Positions 1-11,275 of a stretch of 64,000 nt of DNA are shown here, one piece after another. A program made the translations under genes and the position numbers. This stretch comes from Schizochytrium sp. TIO01. Taxonomy: Eukaryota; Protista; Bigyra: Labyrinthulomycetes. Position 1 is the stretch's first letter. The number at the start of each line of letters is the position of its first letter. The stretch is taken from positions 3,720,001-3,784,000 of the forward strand of contig SMSO01000025.1 of the NCBI GenBank assembly GCA_004764695.1, in the 5' to 3' direction. Under the pieces are notes generated by a model that ran no database searches, was not told where the DNA came from, and was given only the letters and a program-made list of their open reading frames with translations.

Positions 1-326
1 CTTTTCTTTTCTATAGAGAAGGAAGAAAAAGAAAAAGAGAAAAGAGAAAGGATAGCAGGAGAGTAGGAGACGCTTAGCAGTTGGTAGAGATCCTTTCTAT
101 TTCGTATATAGCAAGGAAGAATAGAAAAGGAGAAGGTGGCTGGCCAGCAATAAATAGTTGGTCGCCTCAGAACCACAAACCCGAAGGCCGGCTAGTTAGT
201 AGTTAGTTGCCTTGCGTGCTCCTCGTCTCCTCCTCTGAGCGAGCGGGCTTTTCTGATCAATCGATCAATCAAACAAACAATTCTGAAATTCGGCCGTCTG
301 TGCTGCAGAGCCAACCTAAAAAGACC

Positions 327-1862
327 ATGCAGTCCTTCACCGACCTCGACCACCTCGGTGGCGACGGCTACTCCGCAGAGGACCTCTTCTGCAAGCTCGG
401 CAAGGGCACTGCGTACACTTACGATGATGTGATCCTCATGCCTGGCCACGTGGGCTTCAGCGTTGGCGAGGTGTCGCTCGACACCAAGCTCACCAAGAAG
501 ATCAACCTTCGCCTGCCCTTCGTGTCCTCCCCCATGGACACCGTGACCGAGAGCGAGATGGCCATCAACATGGCTCTCCAGGGTGGTATCGGCATCATCC
601 ACTACAACAACACCGTTGAGGAGCAGGCCGCTCTCGTGCGCACCGTCAAGAGGTACAAGAACGGCTTCATCACCGACCCCATCGTGCTCTCCCCCAACCA
701 CACCATCGCCGATGTGGACCGCATCAAGGCTGAGAGTGGCTTCTCCGGCATCCCCATCACCATCGACGGCAAGATGGGCTCCCGCCTTGTGGGTTTCGTC
801 TCCAACCGCGACGTTGACTTCCTCGAGGACCGCTCCCGCAAGCTTTCCGAGGTTATGACCACTGACCTCGTCGTTGGCCAGGAGCGCTGCACCCTCAACG
901 AGGCCAACCTCATTCTCCGCGAGTCCAAGAAGGGTAAGCTTCCCATTGTCAACGACAACTACGAGCTCATCAGCCTCTGCAGCCGTAACGACCTCAAGAA
1001 GAACCGTGACTTCCCCCTCGCCTCCAAGTCCCCCGTCAGCAAGCAGCTCCTCGTCGGTGCCGCCATCGGAACCCGCCCCAACGACCGCGAGCGCCTCAAG
1101 GCCCTCGTTGCCCAGGGTGTTGACTGCATCGTCATTGACTCTTCCCAGGGTGACTCCATCTACCAGCTCGAACTCGTCAACTGGATCAAGAAGGAGTTCG
1201 GTGACGACCTTCAGGTCATCGGTGGCAACGTTGTCACCTCCTCTCAGTGCCTCCACCTCATCAAGGCCGGTGTCGATGGTCTCCGCATCGGTATGGGTGT
1301 GGGTTCCATTTGTACCACACAGGAGGTCTGCGCTGTCGGACGTGCTCAGGCCACCGCCGTCTACCACACTGCCCGCACTGCTGCCGTGCACGGTGTGCCC
1401 ATCATTGCTGACGGAGGTATCTCCTCCTCTGGTCAGATCACCAAGGCTCTTGCCCTCGGTGCCTCGACTGTCATGATGGGATCCATGCTTGCCGGTTGTG
1501 AAGAGAGCCCTGGACAGTACTACTTCCAGGACGGCATTCGCCTCAAGAAGTACCGTGGTATGGGATCCGTCGAAGCCATGGAGAAGGGATCCTCCAAGCG
1601 CTACTTTGCTGACAAGAAGGGTATCGTCAAGGTCGCTCAGGGTGTTTCCGGAGCCGTCGTTGACAAGGGATCTGTGTCCCGCTTCCTCCCGTACGTTGCC
1701 CAGGGTGTGCGCCACGGATTCCAGGATGCCGGTGTCAAGGATATCTCTGAGCTCCACGACAGCCTCTACAAGGGCTCCGTGCGCTTCGAGCTCCGTACTC
1801 ACGCTGCCCAGCGTGAGGGCTCTGTCCACGGCCTCTACTCCTACGAGAAGCGCCTCTTTTAA
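327..1862 (+). CDS. IMPDH: Inosine-5'-monophosphate dehydrogenase (eukaryotic type, with CBS pair), 511 aa
   Basis: Catalytic loop [26 protein letters not shown], flap RY dyad (SSKRYF), VAQGVSG, N-terminal [15 protein letters not shown] region (SGIPIT...KKGKLPIVN). First ATG is at 327; the ORF-track start at 207 is non-ATG. Very strong C-ending codon bias. A 5'UTR intron at 195-308 (GTTAGT...CTGCAG) is possible. Confidence 0.98.
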   Translation: MQSFTDLDHLGGDGYSAEDLFCKLGKGTAYTYDDVILMPGHVGFSVGEVSLDTKLTKKINLRLPFVSSPMDTVTESEMAINMALQGGIGIIHYNNTVEEQAALVRTVKRYKNGFITDPIVLSPNHTIADVDRIKAESGFSGIPITIDGKMGSRLVGFVSNRDVDFLEDRSRKLSEVMTTDLVVGQERCTLNEANLILRESKKGKLPIVNDNYELISLCSRNDLKKNRDFPLASKSPVSKQLLVGAAIGTRPNDRERLKALVAQGVDCIVIDSSQGDSIYQLELVNWIKKEFGDDLQVIGGNVVTSSQCLHLIKAGVDGLRIGMGVGSICTTQEVCAVGRAQATAVYHTARTAAVHGVPIIADGGISSSGQITKALALGASTVMMGSMLAGCEESPGQYYFQDGIRLKKYRGMGSVEAMEKGSSKRYFADKKGIVKVAQGVSGAVVDKGSVSRFLPYVAQGVRHGFQDAGVKDISELHDSLYKGSVRFELRTHAAQREGSVHGLYSYEKRLF

Positions 1863-4800
1863 ACGACTTTCATACACATGCGAATTATCAGCAAATAAAA
1901 CTTTACGGCCGTGATCATTCTGGGTGATCATGGTTGGGATGGTGATGATCAAAAACCAAACATTATCACTGCCAACCAAGCTTGCATCACCTTGCCTTCT
2001 CTCACGCGATCGTAAAACCTAAAGAAAGCAGTCGTACGTCTTTGATGGCAAACAAACCCATCTGCTGTGCGCCGGTACAAACACGAATAAACTCCTCTCC
2101 GCACTGCACGTTTGTCTTCGAACCCCACAACAACGCCTTATCCAACGACTGCTTCCACGCGCCGCTACTTCCACTATAAGAAGGTCGCTCTCACATTCCA
2201 ACCCCCCCCTCCTATGGCATTTCAATGGCATGGAGACTCTACAATCTACAACTGCATGCCCATGTCCATCCCACATCTTTATATGTCGTCTACAACGCCT
2301 ATATCCACTGCCTCTGCAGTCAACCAACCACAAACTAGATTCCCTTTGTTGGTTTGACCAGGTGAACGTCAGGAAAACCCCTACTTCTAAAGGAACATAG
2401 CCATATTGATTGAGTGATCAAGTCTCGCCCCTTACTTTTCTTTTCTTTTTTTCCTTCTCTTTGTCGCATCAGCCCGCACACATGCCGAACCCATGGGAAA
2501 TTTATGCAGTTTTTTTTTGAAGGGTCGGCATACTGCCAGTCGCACAGGGAGAAGAAAAGAAAATGTAAGGATTTGGGACAGACTTTCGTATGGCTTCATT
2601 GTGCTTCTCTACAAGTTTGATGGGGGGTTTTGACTGGCTACTCTGAAGTAGTTGCAAACACCTCCTGGCGGCTATACACCACCACCTAAAACACACAACA
2701 CGAGAGAATCTCAAACGATAGCTTCAGCGAGCTAGGATAAGCTATTAGTGAGGCACGTACGCTTCAACCTGTCTTGCGTGCATCAACTCTTCTTTTGTAT
2801 TTACTACACATTGTTGGATTATTTTTGAAATAAAATTCACATTATCCGCTCGTGATAGTAACACACCAATTCCTCTTTTTTTCCCCATTCGTTATTTGAG
2901 TTTTGTTGTTCATTCTGTCAGATATACGACCTTCAGCATATTCCTACAGCATATGTTGCTCTCTGAAGAAAATGATTCAACGGTTACCTTGTCATGGTTC
3001 CACATTCCCTCGCCTTGCTCTTCGTACTGCAAATTTTAGAACTCTTACACATACTTTAAAAAGAACTCAATATATATGTTCAAGTGAATTATTTTATCTA
3101 AAAAGGAGACCTTCGTTAACGTTCATTGTTTGTTTCATAATAACTAGTCAGCTGAAAATAGCAAGTATCTTTATTTACTTCTGTGCGCCAGTGACGAGAG
3201 TGAAGAATCCCCAATTCCATCTGATAGAACTATCAAACGTTCCTCCCCCCCGCGTAAACACATTTAAACAAAGTTATTTCAATGATACAAGTTCAAAGCT
3301 GATGTACACTAATAGCTAGAAATTTAAGAACTGCTTGTTCCTCAATAAATGATTATCCACGAAAAGGATTATCTACAACCCCGGGAGTAAGACTGACATG
3401 ATTGTACGCGGGAAGTTTAGGCACGAATTGAGGACTAAAGGAAACTATAACCAGCAAAATATTCTCCCATCATTCATACCAGAATCGGACTCACATTTTA
3501 CAATTGAACTAGAATTCGAAAACACAGATGTCTTCGTGAGCAAGCATTGCAACACCGCTGATAAAATAAAATAAATAACCAATTAGCTCACGATTGCCGA
3601 ATCAACTTTCGCAAAAATGTCCTCAGTGCAGACTTTAGAATCGCAAGTTGAACCACCCCAAGCTCCTTGCAAGTTTCACTTCCTGATACAACGTGGCCAC
3701 ACGAGTAGATTGAACCACCATTCTAATCTTCCATATTCGAATACGGACATATTTTGAGTTCCAAATTACCTAGAACCTAACGCTTCTACCAAAGCCACGT
3801 GCAACAACATAATGCTGTGCAAGTTTCCCGTCTGGAAGTAAGTTATTTACTAGTTGTTCACATTCACCAGATATTTGAATTGCAAAGGTTGCAATTTCAA
3901 GAAAGTATACGCTGATTCTCTAAGTATATAATGAATCGACGAAGTTCCTTTTATTCTCACTGGAATGTCCCAGATTCCCAGTACGAAGTGTATGGGACGT
4001 ATGGTTCTGTATTTTACACATTATAAGCAAAGATTAAAGAGTAACCCTTCTTTTACCTTTACCGATACGTTTAGCCAACGTCGGTTAACTTCAACTTTAT
4101 GAAATAGGAAGAATAAACGGAATGAGTATGGAAATCGATGGATGAGATCTTGCATACCAGCAAATAGGGAAGTTCATGTTTGACTTTCTAAGCATGGTAA
4201 TGTTCGAGCCTTTAAACTGGCATCGCGGTGTAAGATTTTCATTTTCATCTTATCTTGGATTCAGGGCATAGCTCAATGCTGTGAGCCTGGGCCAGCAGTC
4301 CACGTGGGAGGAATCTAGTATACTTGAAGATTGATTTTACTTTATAAAATCTTGGCCCGAAGGGAAGATCAAAATATATCATAGGCATCCACAACGAGAG
4401 ACATCGGCTAAAATTACTTCAATGAAACATGAAAAAAATGCTGGCTTCTCTATTTACAATTTTCCTTTAATCTTCTTAGCCTCAATGCTATGGAATGTTA
4501 CCCGCCTTGCCTCCCCGTGCGACCGTAGGCGGACCAAACCGGAAAAGTCCCAAGACCCCCACACATGCTGACCCCTATAGTTTGTACTATAATAGCCCTA
4601 TGTTGGGGTGCACACCCTCGGGTGGGTCGCGGTGACAAGTAAAGGCCATTTGCCGCTGCATAAGATGCAGCAGCAGCAGTAGCAGCAGAGCTAGCGGTTC
4701 AGAGTATTGAAAACAAAGTATACATACTCACAAATTCTTCGCATCGCTCCTCAGCGTTAGTTTCTATATATACTATTTTCAGCATCCTATGGACTGCTAA

Positions 4801-5632
4801 AACCATGGTGGCAAGCTTGCTTCGGCCAGCGAAGAATTGTACGACACGGCTTACGTGTGATCAATATTCGAATAGGACGCGCAGATGCTGACTTTTTAAG
4901 TTACAGGGAAACGGGAAGAAAACCATATATAAGAAACTGTAGAAAACTATTCGATTGCTCCCCGGTCTGCCCCTTACCTTTGGGACTTGCAGAGCGGGTA
5001 CTACGAGTTTTATACGGGTAGACATAAATGTCAAAACCAGACAAGTCTAGGACGCCAAATTCTCGAACGTCTGGTCTAACTAACGCTGTGCTGGGTGAGT
5101 CACGAAAGCAGTAACATTTGCTCGGCCTGCACCAGGGCATTCCGGTCGCCCACTGGGCAGTGCTTTCAGACGAGTTAGGGTGAGCTCTGCGTGAGACGTA
5201 GAGGCTTGTTCTTGATACCTAGTCTACGGTTTTGTAGCAGAGACTTGCAGGTGCAGGCGGCAACTCATCTCCACATCCGCATCGCTCCCTTAAGGAGCAT
5301 ACGAGCAAATCACAACTTTTCACGAAGCAGCTGTACGCCACAAGGAAAGAGTGCTTCATCGTTTCATTCAACGGGCAGAGGGAATCGCCTACCTGGCGAT
5401 TGTGCAGAAAGTTAAATTCTTCAAATCCGTGTCAAAGAAGGTAAGGCTCACAGCATCATTGCACAGTGGAGGGTTTTGTCTGAAGCTCTCAAAGAAGAGG
5501 AGTCAGCTCGGCACTTTATATAAAGCAAGAACTCACCTGTTTTATATCAAGATTAAATAATAGATTTGGAGACAGACCTTCAAATAGGCGGATATAACAT
5601 TCTAAAACAAGAAAGTTTGGCGCTCACCCAGA

Positions 5633-8529
5633 ATGCCTAAACGACTCATTCACTCTGTAGCAAGTAAGTTATTCTCATATCCTATTTTTCTGGTTGCAAT
5701 TAAGCGTGGCGAGTGAAACTAACCTAGCGTGTACTCACACCCCGCATAGTTGCCGAATTCGATGAGCTCCAGGGCAACACCTTGAGTTATGTTTATCCTC
5801 AAGATGCAACCCCTGCAATTGTAAGTCATCGTCATGAAGACATTGCAGAGCTATGTTTACCTGATGGTGGCCACAAACGCAGCAGTGACTGTATTTTCAT
5901 CTTGCTGACAGCTGAGCATAATATTCCCTTATATGGTTTTGCCTACTTTCGTAATCGTTCCAGTGCTGAGGAAAAGCGGGGCGCAAAGCAACTCGCTCTA
6001 CTAGTTGTAGCTACTTCTCCCTATTTCGATCGCTTCCGCCCCTTTCTGACTGTTGCTATTGAGGAATACCTCGACTGCAATCAATCTAAAACTGTGATTC
6101 ATCAACTTTATGGAGCCTTGGAAAAGTCTTACCGCCGAACCCGACGTCTCGCTGCGGCGCGTCATAAATCGTATGATAGTGCAGATCTTATACTGGAAAG
6201 TAGTGATGAAGAAGATGCTCATGAAGTGACGACCCAACCTAGGACACGGCCTCCAAGTGCGCAATATTCTGTCTGCCGCCGGTCTACCGCATCAATTATT
6301 TCGCGTGTGGACCTGGAGAGCCTCACCTTTGGCGAGCCCATTGAAGATTACGATGAAGAACTTACTTCAATTGGTGGCGAGGCCCTTGTAGATGGTCTTA
6401 ATGCAGGTAATCGTCTTTCGCTAAACTCACATGCGACAGCGCAGATGCTCGAAACTCAAAGTGAAATTGATCATGATGAAATCTTGCCATCATCGCAGGA
6501 AGCTTTTGATGATGGTATTATTGAAAATGGGGTAAGGCGAAACAGCATTTACTTTGGAAAACTTAGCAAAGTGCAGAATGGACGCCATCTCGACCATTTA
6601 GGTGTATTGTCAAGCTCCTGCACATATACGATGCACCTCTGGGGTCGCATGTTTGTTATGCAGCCTCTGATAACCTTACGGAGCAACGAATTTGGGGGGA
6701 TCTCCCTTAAAGAAGTTGTTCTGAAATTTCGCGTACAAACAATGGCTTTATGGACTGCCTTGATTAGCCTGCGGCGAATACTAGTATGTGGTCCAGAATC
6801 CCAAGCAGAGAGTGTAGGCTCTCTTGTGCTAGCAACGCCGCTACTGTTAGGCCCCCTCGGAGCACTCATCATTCCCAATCTCATACCATATGCCACACTG
6901 GCCAATGTTGAACCAGTGACAACTCATTCGAGTTATGTGTGTGGCACCACAAATGGACTTTTCGCGACGAAAGAGGACTGGTATGATATTGTTGTAGATC
7001 CAAAAACAGGCAAGACTATGGTGAGCAATACTTCTACAATTGACCGCAATTTGCTAAAGGTTCAAGGGGGCGACCTTGCTTTTATCAATCGTGTTTTAGA
7101 CGGCATTGAGAATGGTAAGCGTGATGAAGACTGGGTTCGCTTCGAATTTGCTACTTATACGCAAGATTTTCTCGACTCTGTGCGAGAAATCGAGCTTGAA
7201 AGACAAGCAAAGCGCTCTAAGGAGGAAGGCTCCACAAGGGCCCTTCCTGTGCATGGGCACTCTGCCTCTGATGCCTCAAGCACTCTATCTACAGAAGCTA
7301 TGCATGAATCTGACAGTTCTCGCTTGCGTCTTCGCTCTGTTCAGCTTTGGCGCTCTAAACCAAAGAGCTCTTTTCTAAAAAGATCCAAAACCGCAAAGAC
7401 AGCTTCAGACAAGCTTGCTCGAACGTTCGCAGGCTCTCCGCTTTGGCTTCGCTACCGCTGGATGCAGCTGAATCCCGAATCGTACTCGACCACCCGAAAA
7501 CACCTTTCGCGAATTCATGTGGTTTCTGCAATCGATACAGTCTCGAATGGACTTCCACCGCAGCTCCCAAAACGCCCCAAAGGGTGGACAACTGGCCCGC
7601 AGAGGCCAGTCCCAGCTGCCACTTCACCACAGGCAAAATCTCCAAAAGCTACAAGTACGCATCCAGAAGTCCCTAAGCATGCTCAGAAGACACGTACAAA
7701 TCCTGCAAAAGCGCTCGCTTCTGTTGTGGTGTCGCGCAAATCAAAGCACAAAGCCGAACACTCTAGGACTTCCTCTCATGTGCCTGTGATTCAGATAAAC
7801 ATGAAAGATGTGGCAAAGGCTTGTATCAGCCAACGTGATAACATGCGAGCGTCGAAGCAACTTCGGGCCGAACATTCTCCCACAGATGGACATTTCGGTT
7901 CACAGGGAAGCGGTAAATCTCAGGGAATATTCTCTGACTTTGGAGATCCAACGAATGGTTCTACAATGGACGACTTTGGTAGCTCAAGTGGTCGCAGTTT
8001 TTCTTCGGAAGAGTCAATCCAAGCGGCTCGTGATCGCACAGCAGCCTATGTTGCGCAGCAACTTCATCCTGAAGATGGAATGGTGCCGCCTCCACCTGAT
8101 GTTGATAATAAATGGCGCACTGCAATGACCCCCGAGGGTAAAATTTATCTTTGGCACGTGGATACTAAGGAAACAAAATGGGCTCCCTCAGAAGAACCTG
8201 ATACAAACCACTTACCTCCTCAACGGTGTATGAATAATTCCATTCCTCGAATTCAAAAAGAGACATTTCATCATTCATACAATGAGCGTCTTTCCTATCA
8301 GATTGATGTAGATGACGATGATGGTGCTGGTGCATCAAAATGGGTAATGTTGAAGGGCCGTTGGCAACGTGTCACTGTTCTCATGCAAGAGGATGTTGGC
8401 CTGAAAACTCTCCGGAAAAGTGATTGGGTGGAGGCTTATACGGAGTCTGGTGAAAAGTTTTGGCATAATTTACGAACAGGAATCTCGCAGTGGGACTTTC
8501 CAGGAAATACTACAGCTTCTGTAGCATAG
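5633..8529 (+). CDS. DENN-superfamily (Afi1/AVL9/DENND6-like) protein with two C-terminal WW domains; join(5633..5663,5750..8529)
   Basis: Splicing gives MPKRLIHSVA-I-AEFDELQGNTLSYVYP, a uDENN/longin-type N-terminus. It continues with IAELCLPDGGH, LYGFAYFR, KRGAKQLALLVV, RRILVCG and YVCGTTNGLF...WYD. WW domains: WRTAMTPEGKIYLWHVDTKETKWAP and WVEAYTESGEKFWHNLRTGISQWDFP. Confidence 0.85.
5664..5749 (+). other. Spliceosomal GT-AG intron (86 nt, phase 1)
   Basis: GTAAGT donor at 5664, ACTAAC branch-like motif at 5718-5723, CATAG acceptor ending 5749. Removing it joins ATG 5633 in frame to the 5782 ORF. Confidence 0.85.
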
Positions 8530-8920
8530 ATTTGTACTCCCATGTAAGCAAACCACATCTTGAAAGGGCAAGCTTGCCCAAAGCTCATGTTGACTAATAG
8601 GTAGTGACTCTATTTGAGCAAAGAACATATGATTATATCAAAGTTTATCTTCTCTCGTCTAAACTCGAACCTCAACACTGTATTAAATCATGCCGGTTCT
8701 CACAACACGAACATTGCAATCTATAACCAGCGTTAAATCAGTGGAATAAATCTTCAATTTCAGTCGATAGACTTCTCTCCTATTCTGAGCATTTTAAAAT
8801 ATAAACAAGATATCGCTTTTTCAGGTTACTCGTCAGAAACACTGTCGATATAAAGTTAATGGCAACAGAAAGATTGTTTTATAACATGACATAATTATTT
8901 CCTTATATGCTGGCATTTAT

Positions 8921-10024
8921 TTAATGATAATACCGGCGAACTGGGGGTTGAGGTGCAACAGGTTCAAGCTCTGGGATAAGCTTTGATTGATCACAACCAA
9001 GCTCCATAAGTTTGGTCCATGCAGCGATAGCATCTTCTTTGAAGGTTCGACGATTCTCGTCATAAAACATTACATGCTCATAAAACTCTGGGTCCCAATA
9101 CAAGGCCATGTCAGCAGGTAACATCATCCACCGACGACCAGCAAAAAAGAGCTCAAACTGTCGCTTGCCAGCAGGTGTTGTGACCTCCTTAAATCGATTA
9201 ATTGCATTCCCGTACAAAGACATATAGCCCAGACCACTCTCATAAGCATTCCATTCATGTGGAGCGAAAGCATACCATGCATGCTGATATCCGCTATTTT
9301 CTAAATGGCAACGCCCAAACTGGTGACCAAGTAGAATAAGACAAACAGCCTCCTTATCTGAGAAACCCATGCGATGAAACGTTCGACGAACAGCATCGAT
9401 TGTAGGAGCCTCGCGCTCCTGTACAGGAGCGTCTGAAGGCACGTTAGGGTCCGGGCCAAGGTCTGCAGCTGGAAGTCTGGACGTGTTTGGGTTAATATCA
9501 CCATATCCAAAAGGGCATTTGCCCGTTCCATAGACTTTCTCTGCAGCTGCATCATCATAATCAGGTCTTCCGGTTTTGAGAGGGATATAAGGCCCTCCAG
9601 CGTATTCGATGGCAACCGTGCCAGCGAGAACGTAAAGATCTGCGTAAGAAAGCCATTCAAAGCGACGTTTAATTTGGTCCAACAAATCACGCGCTTTGGT
9701 GAGGCCAGCGTTCTCTGGATCATTGACTTCATTCTCAAATCGATAGGTACCGCCCCAGCTGCCGCCATTGCCAGAATCCTTGCAATACGTTCCGCACATA
9801 TGCCATGAGAAGCGAATAAACAATGGTGCATAACTGCCGTCATCATGGCCTGGAGACCACATGATGCGCCGTAAGGCGCTACGCACATCACTGAGGTCTC
9901 GAGGTTCGGGCGTCGCTGATGCCGATGCCGCAGGTGTCGAGGACACCTTGAGACTTGCCATACTGCCCAGCTTGTCTGTCAATCGTGTAAATGTCTTTCG
10001 AAGGTCTTTGCTCTTGTGCTGCAT
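8921..10024 (-). CDS. Class I heme peroxidase (cytochrome c/ascorbate peroxidase-like, single domain)
   Basis: Distal YAPLFIRFSWH (R/W/H), GGSWGGTYRF, NDPENAGL, SYADLYVLAG, GRPD, RLPAAD, proximal LGHQFGRCH, HAW, MLPADMAL. First ATG at 10024; ATG at 9961 is an alternative start. Confidence 0.92.
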   Translation of the reverse strand: MQHKSKDLRKTFTRLTDKLGSMASLKVSSTPAASASATPEPRDLSDVRSALRRIMWSPGHDDGSYAPLFIRFSWHMCGTYCKDSGNGGSWGGTYRFENEVNDPENAGLTKARDLLDQIKRRFEWLSYADLYVLAGTVAIEYAGGPYIPLKTGRPDYDDAAAEKVYGTGKCPFGYGDINPNTSRLPAADLGPDPNVPSDAPVQEREAPTIDAVRRTFHRMGFSDKEAVCLILLGHQFGRCHLENSGYQHAWYAFAPHEWNAYESGLGYMSLYGNAINRFKEVTTPAGKRQFELFFAGRRWMMLPADMALYWDPEFYEHVMFYDENRRTFKEDAIAAWTKLMELGCDQSKLIPELEPVAPQPPVRRYYH

Positions 10025-10998
10025 TGATTTTGCGAAGACTCGAGAACCTAATTTGAGACTGTCTGTTTGCAAATAAATGATAACCTTTTAGTCTACCTTG
10101 CTCAGTGTACAGAAATAAATTTCCTAAAGAACGCCCAAAGCGTCCACTTGCTGGATCTTATTCGCTCCCGTTACTCACTAGTTTCCAGCTTTCTCAACTC
10201 GATACAATTGCAAAGCTATATGCTCTGGAGAAGGTTTTGTTTTACTGTGTGTGTCGTCCAGGCTTGAACTTTGCTGGCGGACTCCACCTCAATACACACT
10301 GTTTGCTCTCACTCGCAACGAACGGCGCCGCAACCAACAATCAGGCTCTGAGTTGTCCCAGTTTGCGTACCTGCTTGCGCGATTTGGGTTTGCTAAGCTA
10401 TATGGGTCGAGTCGAAGACTTCTCGGAGTTTGGTGCGCTCTTTCCGGCAAACAAGAGGACTCCTTGTTCTTGGACGAATAATCGACTCGGGGGCAACACT
10501 TCTGTTTCCTTGCTAGGTCCCGAGACAGACTGGCGTACGTGAGGGTTAGCAAGATTGGTCTGATATGCTTGAGCACATTCTACAACCTTGGAGAAAACTT
10601 GCCAAGCACATTGCTGTCGCTGTAGACATCACCCGAGATCCTGAAGAAGAATACCAAGAAATGCGCAACAGCGAGACCATGTGAAGATGGGACCAGCCAA
10701 TTATGATTAACGCTAGTAGTACTCGGCATGTGGGATGAATTGTTTTTTATATGTCTCTTTCATTATTGCAGTACGAACGGACAACCAACCAGCTACGAAA
10801 GCCACAGTCATAAGATAGAGGCCCACATCTCACCCATAGAGGCAGCCATGATGGAAGTAACTCTCTACCTTCACCCCAATCACCCGTCTCAAGCAATCGT
10901 CAACACACGCAAGGCTGCAGGAATAAGAATAATAGTCTACGAACACTGTGATCAAACTAACACACACTCTCCCCTAGTTCGGTTTCAAAACACCACTT

Positions 10999-11017
10999 GG
11001 TTAGGTTAGGTTAGGTT
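10999..11017 (+). repeat. Interstitial (TTAGG)3 telomere-like repeat in the divergent peroxidase/POLA1 intergenic region
   Basis: GG-TTAGG-TTAGG-TTAGG-TT, ~260 bp upstream of the POLA1 ATG. Confidence 0.7.
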
Positions 11018-11275
11018 TGAAAATTATCGTATTGCGTATAAGACGCGGTGTATTAAGGCGGTAGTTAGAGTGCAGCAAACCTAACGACCATCGTTGACTC
11101 ATGATAATGAAAGTCAATCAAAGGTGATGGTATCGAATGTAGTTACTCAACAGTCCTTTGGTCGTTGACCAAGGCGCAGAGTTTGCGAGAACTTCATACT
11201 AGAATCCAAACTTCGATTGCAGCTCGCTCAACGACGGTAGGAGCGAGCGGGGTCTAGTAGGGTTGGTGTGCAAAG

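Noticed and set aside
207-326. Non-ATG N-terminal extensions from the ORF track (also at 10072, 17068 and 20402)
   Set aside because: Eukaryotic genes; downstream ATGs give better contexts and complete domains.
192-1979. 595-aa antisense ORF fully overlapping IMPDH
   Set aside because: Shadow ORF. IMPDH's codon bias avoids TTA/CTA/TCA, which removes stops from the in-register antisense frame. No independent motifs.
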